Origin: Lama guanicoe
Taxonomy: Eukaryota
Length of the DNA: 64,000 nucleotides
Direction of reading: 5' to 3'
Assembly (NCBI GenBank): GCA_013239625.1
Contig: MU057352.1
Location: 25,870,764 to 25,934,763 of the forward strand
Below are positions 1-14,129 of the stretch, piece by piece. The notes beneath the pieces were generated by a model. That model did not search any database. It was not told the origin of the DNA and was given only the letters and a program-made list of their open reading frames with translations. Both the position numbers and the translations under genes were made by a program. Each line of letters starts with the position of its first letter. The stretch's first letter is position 1.

Positions 1-590
1 ACATAAGATTAATTAACACACCCACCATCTCACATAATTACCATTTGTGTGTGTGTGTGTGTATGTTTATGGTGAGAACACTTAAGATCTCCTCTCCTAA
101 CAACATTTAAGTATATAATAAAGTATTATCAGCTATAGTCACCATGCTAGACATTAATTCCCTGAGACTTATTCATCTTTGCACCCTTTGACCAATATCT
201 CTCCATTTCCCCTGCTTCTCAGCCTCTGAGAGGTAATCAACATTCTACTCTTTGTTTCTATGAGTTTGGCTTTTTTAGGTTTTACATATTAGTGAGATCA
301 TACACTGTTTGTCTTTCTCTGACTGATTTATTCCACTTGTCTTAACACCCTCTAGATCCATTTATGCTGTTACAACGGGCACGATTACCTTTTTATGACT
401 GAGTAATATTTCTTGTACAGACATAGAATACATCTTCTTTAACCATTCATCTGTTGACAGACACATGCATGCCTTGGCTACTTGCATAATGGTGCAATGT
501 ACTTGGGAGTACAGGCAAGTCTTTGAGGTAGAGATTTTATTTCCTTAGGATATATACCCAGGAGTGGGATTGCTAAATCATGTGGTGGTA
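1..590 (-). mobile_element. L1 3' end fragment (L1MA9-like)
   Basis: Antisense L1 3'UTR motifs 'ggtgagaacacttaagatct...tatagtcaccatgct...ggatatatacccaggagtgggattgct'. Confidence 0.85.
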
Positions 591-2994
591 AAAGTTTGAC
601 TAAAAGGAATACAAGGATTTTCTTAGTCCCAGGTCTCTTCCCTCAGTTATTTTGCCTGCTTAGCCCCTCTTAGCATGTCAGTTTGCGGGTCTGCTACTGC
701 ACGCAATTAACATACAGAAGATCTATTTTGTCGCAGGTGTTTTTGAATTTAATTCTGACCAAGAGTGGTCATGTAGTCTGTGTGTTTGTTCCTACCTTTC
801 AAACATTTGAGGAACTGTTGTCGCCTAGTGAGGGAAAAACGAAATTCAATGCTTGTGCTGTTTCCATTTCTCGCCACAATTATTTTTTCTTCGTTTTTTT
901 TCTTCCCTTTTTTTTTGAGGGGGTGGGATAGCAACCAAACCTGAGGCAGCTAAGATAGTTCAATTCAAGATATTCCTGCAGAAAGTGGACCGTTTACTTA
1001 TCTCTACACTGCAGGTGCCGAGCACAATTTTGTTTTTCCCCGAACTTCATAAAAGTAGCTTTCCCTGGTTAGCCAAGACATTTTTGAAATAATAATTTAA
1101 AACAGGTTCAAATTTAATTTCACCCTGTGTAATGTGGGTGGCTAGAGGAAAGTAGAAAATGGTCTCTGACCATTGGATTCATTGATTATATTTTCCCATA
1201 TTTGGGCTTCTCATTTCTAACAACACCAGATAGCTTTCCGGGGAGCCTGCTATCAAACTCCTTCTCCCAAAATTTCCATCGAACCTGTGAATGAACTAGT
1301 CTGTGTTTAAAAAAAAAAAAAGAGGGAAAAGAAAATGACAAGATAATGTGGTGGTAACCACTTATTGTTCCCAAATCAAAACCCTTAAGAGATACAATTT
1401 AATCCAAGTTTAATATTGTTTTCTAAAAGAAAGTTTTTTTTTAATTGTGAAACAATAGTTCACATTCTCCACAACTGGAGATATAAGTACACATAATTAT
1501 TTAGTTTGTCAAAGTCCACATACTAATTATTTTTTAACTAATGTTATGTGTATGTGTAATTTATGCTGACATATATGTATGAATTATGAATTACATACAC
1601 CCTACTATATATATTATAAATTACAAACACACAGAAAGAGAGAGAGAGAGAAATTCATGCTGACAAGTCCTTGACTATATTATTTTCCAAGGTAAGCTGA
1701 AACTTTTAGAAAGAGCAGAGACATGAAAAGGGCTTGAGATGATCACATAAGGAATGTGAGAGAAGAACTGGGCACTGGTGTCACGATCAAGACCAGGATC
1801 CTTCTCAACCCAGCCAAAGTCCTTCTCAGGTTGGCCTTAGAAATACAGAGGCAAGTACATGTGAAGGTGCATCCAATCTCTATCCCGCCTTTGGCTAGGA
1901 TGGCCATACAGCATTATAATTAAATAAAGGGCTATAAAATCAGGCTACTTTGGCTGGAATTCTGATTCCCCTGTTACCCCCGGATTGATCTTTGTACTCC
2001 AAGCCTCCCTTCCTTTATCTGTGAAAGGAGAATGACAATTCTGCAACTTAGCAAGCATCTATCCAGGACACATAATGCCTGCATTCTCCTTTCTTGCCAG
2101 GTACCCTCCATCACATAGGAAACTTTGGGACTTCGGGTAGATGCATCCAGGAGAGAAAAGACCTCCGTCTATGAAAGCTGTAATTTTGGAAGGACAAAAA
2201 TGCTTGGTCTGCCTCGACCTACCCCCTCCTCACTGTATTACATACGCTGGGAAGGATGCGGCTTATGATGGTGACCACTGGTAGCCAGATTTTTCCCCCA
2301 CCTCATCAGCTCATTGGTTGGCAGCTTCCTTTGGGATGTGGCACTCTTAGTAGCTCTTTCTCCTTAACTGGAGCTTTTGTCCACAATCCCCAGGGTAACA
2401 GAAAAAAATAAAAAACAGCTCCATATCTAATTATGCATTTATTTATGTTATTAAATTCTTTCAACAACTGTGAGATAGGAGTTATAAATGCAGATGGATA
2501 AATGGAGGACCGTGAGGGTTACAAAGTTCATCGGGACACACGCCCAGGTCTGCTGCTTGCAGAGGCTGTGCGTACTCCCTGTGCTGCGTAATACGATGAC
2601 ACGACCACATCATCAGCCCAACCCTGGGAAGTGCTGTTCTTTATTCTCTTCTCCCCTGGTTTACACCTCTTCCACTTCCCCTTCCACTTTTATGTCATCT
2701 CCTGACTTTCATCTCCCTTTTACTTCCCTACCCTGTCCCAGGTAATTTCTTTCATTTTCCTGAAATGTCCATCATTCAACACGTTTTCCTCTCTCTACAT
2801 CTGTATAGATCATATTACTCTTCAGGATTTTCAGGCCCCTGCTTGCTGGGTAGCATTATACTTTCCACGGTGTTGAAGCCGGGGGCAACAAAGATATACT
2901 TTAGTCAATGAATCTCACGAGAACGGGTGTGTGTCCAAGTGGTCTGGGCCTTTAAAAGCCATTCTTGGTTCAAAGCATTTCTCCCCCACCCCCA

Positions 2995-3181
2995 TGAGAC
3001 TTGCAATGTTCCAGAATGGGATGCTCCCTCAGCCTCAGTCTTGGAGAAAAGAAGTTGTAGAGCAGAGCTGGAGGGGACCCACACAGACATGTAATGAGAG
3101 GTAAGCCTCTGTTGCTATAAGCCTCTGAGGCTTTGGGGTCGTTTGTTACCGCAGCATAACCTAGCGAATCCTGACTGATAT
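2995..3181 (+). mobile_element. MaLR LTR 3' fragment (old MLT1J/K/L type)
   Basis: Ends 'ttggggtcgtttgttaccgcagcataacctagcgaatcctgactgata', the typical MLT1 terminus. Confidence 0.8.
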
Positions 3182-3764
3182 TCTATCCTTTGTCTTCCCT
3201 CCTACTTCCTATTTTCTTCATCTTGTCTCCTTTTCTTTTCAATTAAACTCTTCCAACTCATGCTTCCAGATTTTACCCAACTTTTTTTTCTTACTAAATC
3301 CTATAGACTCTCTTATTTTTCTTTCTTTTTCTTCTTCTTCTACTAATTTTGTCCTGTCTTCCTCTGTCTGCTCCCCAATTAGACCCAAAGGAAAAATCGA
3401 GAAAAAAATGTAACCGAGAGAATTTTCAAAAATTAATGGTAACTAGGTACCAAAAAAGAGACCAAAGCCTGGGAGACTGGACATTATCCTAGTGGGCACC
3501 AGAGCCTTGCAATCCAGACAGGGTAGTAAATGTCTCATTTTTCATTGAATGCCTAGTGCGAGCCAGGTACTGCGCTGAGAACTGAGGTTACAGAATAGAA
3601 TAAGACGTACTCTCAGATACCCAAGAGGGGACACTGAGAGGGAAACAATTGACAGAATTGAAAGAATTGAAGAAAAGAGGGAAATACTCTAACTGGCATT
3701 TAGGGTAAGTACTATACTATATTACATATAATGTATAACCTTATACTTGTCACAAAAAATTACA

Positions 3765-3770
3765 TATATA

Positions 3771-3817
<47 letters not shown>

Positions 3818-3823
3818 TATATA
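3765..3823. repeat. (TA)n microsatellite, interrupted
   Basis: Directly visible. Confidence 0.95.
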
Positions 3824-3859
3824 TGCATAAGCACATAAAAACAAAACAACAGTTTTTAA

Positions 3860-4100
3860 GCAGCTATTATGTGCTAGAAGATCTGCATAGTGCTATATTT
3901 AAATTTAAATTTAAAATTTAAAACAGCAATCCCATGATTTAGGCATTTTCATCCCCATTCGACAGTCAATGATAGCAATACTTAGAGAGAGGAAGATAGT
4001 GAGGACACTCTCATACTTACTAAGAGATTCGTCTGAGAATCAAACCCAGCTCAGCCTAATTCCCAAACCTGAGCTCTTAACCAGCACCCCGCACTGCCTC
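3860..4100 (-). mobile_element. MIR SINE
   Basis: Antisense MIR core 'ttttcatccccattcgacag...gagctcttaaccagcaccccgcactgcctc'. Confidence 0.65.
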
Positions 4101-5753
4101 CCTGCTGAGGGCGGTAGGGAAGAGTGGAAGTCAAGGAAGGCTTGTGAAAGTAATGACGGCCCGAGAGGCAACTGGGAGAATGAGCAGAACGCTCTTCCAG
4201 GCAGGCTCATGCTCTAAGTAAGATGCCCAGAAGCAAGGAAAGGAACTGGAAAGTTTTCTATGGTTTTTTTAAGCTTTGGGGTTTTTTTTTGTTTGTTTGT
4301 TTGCAATCTCCAAAAGAAAGAGGAAAACAGAAATCTTTGTTCTTGGGAATTGGTAAGAACCATCAAGGCACAAGCATCTGGAGATAAAGGAGAACAAAAT
4401 GTTCTGTAATTTTTTCCTTTCACTGTCTGTGGAGAAACAATAACAGAAGCCTCAGTCTGATCTTTATTGCATTTAAGATCAAAAGTTTAAATGAGTCTCC
4501 AACCTTCGAATATGCCTTGTTTGTCCTACACAGTTTTGCAAAAAACAGATTGGGTTGCCAACATTGAAAAAGTGAGAGATGTTGCATAAGAAATTCAGAC
4601 TTCTGTTTTTTTTCTTGAAAAAGCCCAGCGTCTCCCATGTGCTGAATACCAGATATCCCTTTAGATGGTTTATACACTTTCCTGTTAATCACTGTCCCAT
4701 TGCCTTTTTGGATCACAGTAAGTATTTTGTTTGCTCTATTTCCCGTTGCTTTGTTATCTATACCTGGTCTGCTTCACTCATTCATTCTAATCCCCTGAGT
4801 GCACTTAGTATTAAGAAACCTTGGCAATGATTATGAACTCTTCGATTCTTCAATCATGTAAAACAAGACAAAATTTCAACATACACGCTCCCAGAGAAAC
4901 ACTGAATGAGGTCATGGCTTCAACTGTGTGTGGGGTTAATAAGTATCTGCCAGCTCATCATGCCAGTACTGTACCGTCTCAAGCTTGCTGTTGTGTAGTG
5001 CTATTCACACTGTCTGGAAAATGAGCGAGTACAAGCCAATGAACTACCGTCTGAGAGCTCTGGGGCTTCAAAATAACTCATTAAGCCTCACTGAGCATAA
5101 AAATGGACTACGATGATGTGCCACTGGGAGCAGAATACTCTCAATTTGTGCATGGGTCAGACGAAACTTAGAAATTGCTGCCCTGATCATCCACTTCCCT
5201 GCAAATGTACCTTGACTTGTTAATTGCTCGGCCACTCATTGTTAATAATTGAAGACTTGAACGCATTCTTACTGTGTAATTCAATTCTTCACTTACACTT
5301 AACACTCAGGATTAGATTAACAAGAGCACTTCTCTTGAGTAAATGCATTAGTGCACAACCTTGTGTTAAAAATAAAAGCAAAGTTTCCTATCCATGGAAA
5401 GAAGAAACCTGTATTGGATCCAGGGGATATATCAAAATAATTGTTAACAGGGAGAACGAAACAGATGAATATAGAGCAAACGAAATACTCACTGTGATCC
5501 AGCTGTATCCCACACATTGTGTTGAATGTTTCACCCGAATTTATCTTATATAAACCTGTCAATTAAGTCTTATTCCTGGCTTAGAAATAAAGCAGGCAGG
5601 CTTAGAAGGGGTTAAGGCATCAAAGTAATGGAGCCAAGCTTCCAGCTCAGGCTTTCCTGGGGAAATCTAACAACAAGTACTAAATAGCCAGAAGCCTGTT
5701 CTCTACTTGGAGAGGGACAGAGGTGGGAACAGTGGACAGCTGGTAAATAAGGC

Positions 5754-6348
5754 TGTGATGGTTAATTTTATGTGTCAACTTGACTGGGCCGCAGTTGCCT
5801 AGACATCTGGTGAAACATCATTTCTGAGGGTGTCTGTTAGGGTGTTTCCTGAAGAGATTAGCATTTGAAGCAGTAGACTGAGTAAAGCAGAGTGTCCTCC
5901 CCAACGTGAGTGAGCGTTGTCGTCCAGTCCACTGAGGGCCTGAATAGAACAAAAAGGTGGAGGAAGGGAGAGCGCTCTCTCTCTCTCTGCCTGACTGCTG
6001 AGCTGGGACATCAGTCTTGGGCTTCTGCCCTGGGACTGGGACTTAAACCATCATTGCTCCTGGTTTTCAGGGCTTCAGACTTAGACTGAAGCTACGCCAC
6101 CAGCTTCCCCAAGTCTTTCTCCGGCTTTCTCCAGCTTGTACGTGGCAGACTGTCGGACTTCTCAGCCTCCATAATAACATGAGATGGTTTGTCATAGTAA
6201 ATTTCCTTCTCTCCTTCTCTAGACAGAACCTACATCTATACCTATATCTATGTCTACATCTGTATCTTTCTGCATTTGTAGATATATCTGTATAAATAGA
6301 CATAGGCAGGTAGCTAGATAGATAGATTCTATTTATCTGACTAATACA
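5754..6348 (+). mobile_element. ERVL solo LTR (MLT2 family)
   Basis: Starts 'tgtgatggttaattttatgtgtcaacttgactgg', ends 'ctgactaataca'; near-TSD aaggc/aagga; internal (TATC)-like low-complexity tract typical of MLT2. Confidence 0.92.
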
Positions 6349-6709
6349 AAGGAGGTGGTGGAAAAATAAGAATTCTATATGCATATCCAACACTTCACCT
6401 CCTTTAAATGACTTTGCAGGTAAATATTTAATTTTAATTTGGGTAGCCACAATAACTCTATCACGAAAGGCACTACTCCACTAACTTTACATATATTAAA
6501 TACTATATGCAAATTAGTTATTAATTTTGTCATATAATAGTTGCTCAATAAATGATCACTATTAACATAACTGCCTCTGAATTTTACTGATAATATTGAT
6601 TGTGTCAGAGGCGAGTGGGTATGAGGTGGACCACAGGATGTATACATCCAAGTGATAAAACATTTAACATATTAAGGTTCAACTGTATCACAGATAGGGT
6701 TGGCAGATA

Positions 6710-7130
6710 ATACAATCATCCACATAACGAACATCCACTGAGCACCCACCCTGTGCCAGAACTGCACTGGGTGCTGGGAAAACAATGGTAAATATGGGAA
6801 AGATGGTACAATATATGCCTGAGAGATGCTCATAGCCAAACTGAGATGTACATGAGAAAATAAGTGCTCACGATAGATAGAAAAGTGACACACAGCCACT
6901 TATGAGGTCTGCAAGGAACAAAAAAATTCCTGCCTGGGAATTTGAGGCTTGGGTTCAGTAATGTTTGCTAGGTTCTAAAGAGTTAGAGTTGATCAGTTGG
7001 ATGAGGGGGAAAGGCGATAAGGGCATTAAAAGGCTTGCATATGCAAAGCCCAGAGATAAGAAAGAATATAACTCAAGCGGAAAAAAAAGGGGAAGGTCTA
7101 AGGGGTGAAACTGAACAATTTCAGGCATGT
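6710..7130 (-). mobile_element. L2 LINE 3' fragment
   Basis: 'acatccactgagcacccaccctgtgccagaactgcactgggtgctggg' followed by purine-rich antisense L2 body. Confidence 0.7.
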
Positions 7131-7499
7131 GAGCGTCAGAGCTTGTCCTGTACAGAGCTTGCACTCAGAAGGGAATGTTACTATATTAACCAGTGACACA
7201 ACTTTCCTGATTACTTCTCCAGAGTCCAGCCCTGTGCCAGTCACTAGGTAGGAAACGGAAATTAATATGCTACCATGACTGCAATCGAGGAGAAATGGCA
7301 TTCAACTGATAATTATTGAGCTCTTATTATGTGCTACATTCTGATAACCTATAAAAGAGGAAATGCTCATAATGGCTTTACATTAAGTTTTGTTTCTTAC
7401 ACAATACTCACCTTTTCTGTCAATCACCATGTACTGAGGATACTGAAAGTTTGGCAAAATGTTAGATTATAGTTTCAATTTGTTAGATGGCATACTTTA

Positions 7500-7740
7500 G
7501 AAGCACTATGGATAATAGAAAGAACATAAAAAGGCTCACAGTTAGGCAGATCTAGGTTTGCATTCTAGATTTACCACTTGCCACCAACATATCTTGAGCA
7601 AATATCAGCCTCAGTAACCCTCATCATAAAATCAAGATGTCAGTTCCCAACATGCAAGGTTTTATGCAATTTAAAAAGATCAGTTATGTAAAGGTGCCCA
7701 GCACAGTACAGAGACATAACAAGTGCTCGATACATATTGA
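7500..7740 (+). mobile_element. MIR SINE
   Basis: 'gatctaggtttgcattctag...cagcctcagtaaccctcatcataaaatc...gtaaaggtgcccagcacagt'. Confidence 0.7.
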
Positions 7741-7914
7741 GGAATCCATTCAAAAATTATTAGAATGAGTAAGAATCAGGATGTGCCACACATACCTGTT
7801 AAATTACTATATCTGAGTAGCTCCTTTCCTATCACAAGTGGGTGGGCTAAGAGAGGCTACCTCTTACTATTTAAGGAAATATAGGCTTACTGAGAGATGA
7901 CAAGGGATTCGACT

Positions 7915-8045
7915 TTTCAATGACGTCATCACCTGAATAGCGTAAACGTTTCTATTCACAATGCGCTTTTTGCATCTGATCTCCCATCTGACTCCCCTGC
8001 CAATCAGTGATTTCCCCAGCCGCCTCCGCTGTCCCGTAAGGATGA
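7915..8045. promoter_or_regulatory. Candidate promoter/enhancer (CRE + CCAAT + GC-rich patch)
   Basis: Perfect palindrome ATGACGTCAT at 7920-7929, CCAATCAG at 8000-8007, locally retained CpGs; motif evidence only. Confidence 0.35.
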
Positions 8046-8767
8046 GCGTCCAGCTGTGTACCAATGCCCGACTCGATTCCACCTGTTCTGACCCTAGAAT
8101 CAATAATGGGTAAGGCCAGCCGGACTTCTTGCCAATACCTCTTGCCTCATGGAGGAGAAGAGTTTCTACACCTTTGTTTCTTAGGGCAGAGGTGCCGGAC
8201 AACACCTGCATTTAGTAGGCAGGGGTCCTTCTTGAGAACACTCACCAGTAACCAGGGAGCGCTGTCCAGGTTTCATTGGAACATTACCCCTGCAAGGCCC
8301 CAAAATCCCAGGAGCACCTGCCTAATTCTGCAACCGGCAGACTGCCTCTTAAAACCAACACTTCTCTTGCCTCAGTTCCACTCTCCTTTGCTTCCTTTCT
8401 CTGTCTGGATTCCTGGAATAACCCAGTGGAAATCCAGCCTCTCCCACTCTCTCACGTCTACCATTCACTACATACCTTAGGACAGACGTGACATAAAGTG
8501 TGAATGCCTTCTCTCCTGCTCTCAAGCATCCTCAACAGCACATCTTCCTCCAGCATGTCTGCTCACTATCCCTGTGTTGTAGACAATGCAACCAATCACA
8601 TGGGGTATTCATAACAAGCATGATTGCCACCCACTCTATAACTGAAGAAACGGATCCAGAGAAATTAAGTCATTTGCCCCCAAATCACATGCTCCTAAGT
8701 AGCAGAATTAAAGTTGGAACCAAATCTTTGGGTCTTTTGGAACCCAGCGCCCAGGGAATATCCACTA

Positions 8768-9010
8768 TTTTTTAATTGAGGTATAATTGACATATAATAT
8801 TATATTAGTTTCAAGTGTATGACATAATGATTTGATATGTGTGTACATTGTGAAATGACTGCCACAATAAGTCTAGTTAACCTCCATCACCAGATAGCTA
8901 CAAAGAAGTTTTTTTTCTTATGATGAGAACTTTAGAGATCTAATCTCTTAGCAACTTTCAAATATGTGATCTAGAATTACTAACTGTAGTCACCATGCTG
9001 TATGCTACCT
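8768..9010 (-). mobile_element. L1 extreme 3' end (L1MA9-like)
   Basis: 'ttttaattgaggtataattgacatata...ctcttagcaactttcaaata...aactgtagtcaccatgctgta'. Confidence 0.88.
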
Positions 9011-12000
9011 TAAATTATCTCTGGTACAAGCCTGTTTATGTGAATAATATATGAAATAATGAAAGGAAAGAATATAGAGAAATCCCTTTCCATATCAAAG
9101 AAATTGAAAGATGAATGAATAGTACCTAGTATATTAATTCTTGGAGTCTTTCTTTTGAGCACTTGATTAAAAATAATAATGGTGATTGGATCCAATGGGA
9201 ATCTGAGCTGTAGCTGGGACAGTAAGTATGCTGGGGGAAACTGCCCCAGGTACAGTTTTCTATCTAGAAGGGAGAAGATAAAAGCTGAAACTGATTAATG
9301 GTACCAAGGACATGTAGGAAATAGGGAAAAGACTGGAAAAGATGATGGCTGAAAAGTGGTAGAACAGATCTAATGACACCCAAGGGGAGGGGCAGAGCCC
9401 AGGAGGGAGGAGCTGACATTAATTAATGAAGAGCTTAAAAAGGAATTGCATGAGAGAGTGACATCCCTGGAGAATCGTCACACTGGTGGAAACGGCAAAT
9501 AGCTTCTGAATGTGTTAGACCTTGATCAAAGCATATTTTTCTCCTTTCAAGGATGATCCTCATCTCTCAGTGCAACTGTTAACCAAAATGCAAATGTTTC
9601 CTGGAGAAAACAAAATTGTCTTCACTCATGTGATGGGAAAACAATGTTATTCAGAAGTCTCTACTTTCTTCCAAAGAATATTCACTTACCATCATGGTAG
9701 GTCACTGCAATGATCAAACTTAGAATTCATCTTCCAAAGATTCTTGAATTAAAGCAGTTAAACAACTATAAATGATGAAAATTCAATAAATCATCCTGCA
9801 AAATGCTGTAGATACCAGGTGATACACTCTGAAAACAAACAGTCCACCAGGGTGTGATTTATCATCAAAACTGATCTCAAAATCCACATTTTTGTGGTAT
9901 AGTTTTTGTCTCACATAAAATGAGAATTATAGTATTTGCCACAAAGGATTTCAATGATTATGAAATATGTTATTAAACACTGATAAATGCATCTGGTCTG
10001 AGCACAAAATAAATGCTTTATAAATGCTAGTAACCTTCCTGCCTCCCCTCTTCTCTTCCCTCCTCTCAATTTTATTAAACGGGCTCATGCATCAGTATTT
10101 AAATTGTCCCCTTTATTTGTCTCTTCCTATTTGTTATTTTTCTTTTTCTTACTTTCTTGCTCCCCTTTCATATAATGATATTTACCTCTATTAAGAGTGT
10201 GGGAAATATTTTCAGACTATTTTCCACCCCGTTCCATTTCCATTAGGAAAATGCTTCTTTTCATTAATACAGGCTTAGAATTTACTTGTCTGTAATATTT
10301 TGTTTGTTCTTGGAAGCTGGGTGTATCATTTACTCACAGGCACTATCAGACTTTTTCCAGAAGAATGGAGGTATATAGTTTTATCTCATACAAACAAGAA
10401 GGCTTATCTAGAGGATAAGTTAAAGTGTCAGAGCCCACCTCGGACTCTTCCACTGGACTTGAAGCATCAAATTACATATGGAACTCTACTCTTGAATTCC
10501 TCCAGCTGAGACACTAGATGCAATAACTCGGACACTGGAAAATGTGTGACCAGAAGATTACCACACTTTGCAAACTGCCTTATGGCTAAGAGAGAGAGGG
10601 CACAGGTAGTGAGCTTAGGGCCTCTTGTGTGTGTGTGAGCACACACATGCATGTGTGCATGTGCTTATGCGCATGTATGTACGTTCAAACTCTAGGGATG
10701 TAAGAGGAGCTCTTTCTCTGGGAGGAGAAAGAGGAGAGGGAAACCCCAAAGAGTAAGAGTAGGAACTAAGATAACCCAGGAGAAGATCCTTAGTAATAAG
10801 GGTTTCTGTGTAGTTTTTTTCCATAAACTCTGAGAATATTTTGCCTGTTTCCAGATTTCCTTCAACCCCCTTCATTGTTATTCCCTATAGTTGGGGCCCA
10901 AATTTCAATAAAGTCTGAAACAAAAGAGTTGGTATTATTGGTAGTTAAACTATATGAGGATATTTACCATTCCTTGTATCGTCCCTCTGAGGAGGACAAA
11001 GAGCAAGTAGCTGCACTTACATAAGGGAAACAGTGGTCCTGATGTTGCAACATCAAAGAGAACAGAGCTCCCAGGCAGGACTGAACGTGGGATGGAAAAA
11101 TAGTGTCAGCTCAGTTGGTCCCAAGAGTGAGTCTGAAGGGCACAGGTGGAACTGGGGAATATTATGCTTCAGAAGAGTGTAGTCTTGATATTCAAGTTAT
11201 GTTATCATGAGAGGTGTTCACTCTAAGCTGAACCTGAAATTGAATCATTCTTCGATGAAGGTCAGCTTTTCCTTACTTGATGTGAAAAAGTTAAGCTTCA
11301 AAACCATCCCCTAGTTTTCTGGTCTATCGTGGATATCCTCAATCCAGCATTGCTGCAAATCACCTATCTTTGAGGTTTCTGACAGTGGAGGGAGAGCCTG
11401 CAAATTCAGAACATTAAAGCAATTGAGTGAACAGTCTCTTAAAAAGGGCTCCTTCTCAAGTGGAAATGACCATTGATGTATAATTAAAGTAATGATTTTG
11501 GTAACCCCAAGAAGTGCTGAAAAGCTTAAGCAGACAGAAAAGATTCCAAGAATAGAAAGCTATTCTGAGACACACTGAACTCCACCCCCATACAGCCAGC
11601 CAGCATTTTACAAAACAAGCCAACCACCGTGGAAAGCCAGTCACGTGAGAAAACAGAGCTGCCCTGCGATATATCCAAGTGCACAGCGTTTAGAATCTGA
11701 AAGTTCTAAGAATGAATTATGTCTCTTTAATTTACTGTATTTGGTTATCTTTCTGATGATAATATCATAAACATATATTTTAACACATATAATATATGCT
11801 TAACGTATATATATTACAGATACTTGACATGCATTAATTTACTTCTCCTCCATTTCCCTTTCCTTTCCCATCTTTAACTGTTGATTTCTACTTTGTCTTC
11901 TCTAAGCCAAATGAGCTGTGTCTGTCTCCAAAATTTACAGTCAATGAAAATGGTAAATAAGTGATCAAACGTCAATGAAAATTAATTTCGCAAAGAAATA

Positions 12001-12299
12001 ATAGCACATAGCATTTTAACCATACATAGCATTTAAACTGATGGAACAATTAGGCAAGATGAGTGAGGGAGGAAGTGAACTGAACTGTAGTGACGCCTTT
12101 GCGTTACCAGGACAGGCGTCTGCGTTTTAGTCTCTAAGATAACCACTAAAACAAAAGTACACTCATCTATAGCTAGCTAATAGAAGTGGGTAAAACAAAA
12201 GTAAGTTGCTTGACTAACCCCAGATAAGCACATAGCCCAGTGAAAACAACCAAGTAATAAACTAAATAAATATACAGTGTTAATGAAAAAATATTAAGA

Positions 12300-12545
12300 A
12301 CAAGTTAGCTTAGGGTTTATAGGAAGTGATGAGGGTGGGCTTTTGTTTTAGAGTCATCGGGCGAGAACTTACAGTGAGATGAGAGCCTTGCTGAGATTTG
12401 ATTGGTAAATAGAAGCCAGACCTGCCAAGACCTAAGGATAGAGCATTGCACACCGAAGAAGAAAACTGAACTGGTAGCCCTGAGCTTGGCATCTTGGAGG
12501 AACAGAAAGCAAGCTGAAGTGAAGTAGGGTTGGACTGTCCTCTGC
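12300..12545 (-). mobile_element. L2 fragment
   Basis: Purine-rich antisense L2 body '...ttggcatcttggaggaacagaaagcaagctgaagtg'. Confidence 0.6.
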
Positions 12546-14129
12546 TTTGCACAGAGCCCTGCACTGCACAATATATTCACAGCCTACAAGGGTGTATCAG
12601 AAAATCATGGAATAAATCTTTTCAGCCCTAACTCACAGAGGAGAAGATTGACATGCTGAGCAATTAAGAGAATTGAATGGCATTACTGTGTATATTTTCT
12701 TCAAATAGGTGTTTTGTAGACAGTCATTTGAAACTAGTCTCTGTCACTTATAACAGCAATTTGGGAAATTTGCTTCAGCCTCACCTTACATATCTATAAA
12801 ATGGAGATACCAGTAGGATTAAAAAAAAAAAGAAAACCAGGGTAAGTAAAATGTGCTGAGGACGAAATCAGACTATGCAAAGTGTTTAGCAAAACATATT
12901 AGTAAGGGTTACTTCACAACATGACTGTCTTACACGTCCTGTATGATAAAAAAAGGAGATGGTATTATAACCCAAAAGGTGTTTCACTAAAGTCTTTGCA
13001 CCCTCCACTGCACCTCAGTCTCCTGAAAAACTAAGATGATGAAGTAAAAGACAGTAAATGTTGTAAGAGAAGCCGGGCAAATGGCCACGGACCACAGCAA
13101 GGGAGACAAGGTGAGTCCAGCCCTAGGGAATCAGATGTACCAAAGGCTTCTCAAAGGAAGAAACGTTTGGACTAGAGCTTGGAGGCTGAGGAGCTCTGGC
13201 TTACCCAGTTTGCTCTCTTAGTCATTTGCTCTCAGACATTTATTTAGAACTTGTTATGTTCTTTCCTGCATGACAGCTAATATGGTTTCATCTTCTAAGG
13301 AATGTGACTACTCATGTATCCTCAGGTACTGTTTTTTATGGTCCTGCATTGTCCCACTTTTTAATCCCTTAAGAGCAGGTAGCTTTCTTAGAGGTAGTTC
13401 GTATTTATTTCCATCACTGCAAAGTGTCCAACGCTAGGCTAACGCAGTATATGTAAAGGTGCTTGCCATGGCGTTGGTGCACAGTCGGCTCTCACTAAGG
13501 ATAGCTGAGCTAAAGTGCGTAGTTAACGCTTTTTACTAACAGGACTTACTAAATTGATCTTCGGTATGATAAATTGCTGTTGGACATACGATGTTGGTAG
13601 AATGAATATAAAGATGGAAGGGAAATGAATATGTGGGTGATGGATAGGTGGAAGGTGAGATGGGTGTACAGATCAGATGATTGAATGGTTAGAAAATGGA
13701 GAAATACCAGTGAATTGCTGAATTTTCCAATAATTTGCAGTAGTAACACCCTTGAGCTGTGCTGATGTTTTCAAATTTTTAAAAGATGTGGTAAGAGTCT
13801 TACAAAATTCATTTGCTTCAACTTGTCTCCTAACTGCTATTGAAATGACGGATGTTTGTTCTGTTCTGAGGCATTTGCTCTGGTGCAACATCAATTAACT
13901 AGGATATCACATCTTGTTTCATTTATTTTTTCAATATCTTCAGCCTCCCCTGTCCATAGAAAACAATTCACCGTCACATGGTAGGAGTAAACAATGCCCC
14001 AAGAAGTAATAGTAATAAACAATACAGAAAATCTTTTATAAAATCATTTGAATTTGATTGAAAAGGCACCTATCTCGAAGGCAGGCTTCAAACACTGAGT
14101 TGATATTTCAAAGGAAGGTGGCTACGCTG

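Noticed and set aside
8064-8480. 138-aa ATG ORF next to the CRE/CCAAT module
   Set aside because: No domain or codon-bias signal; cannot be supported as coding.
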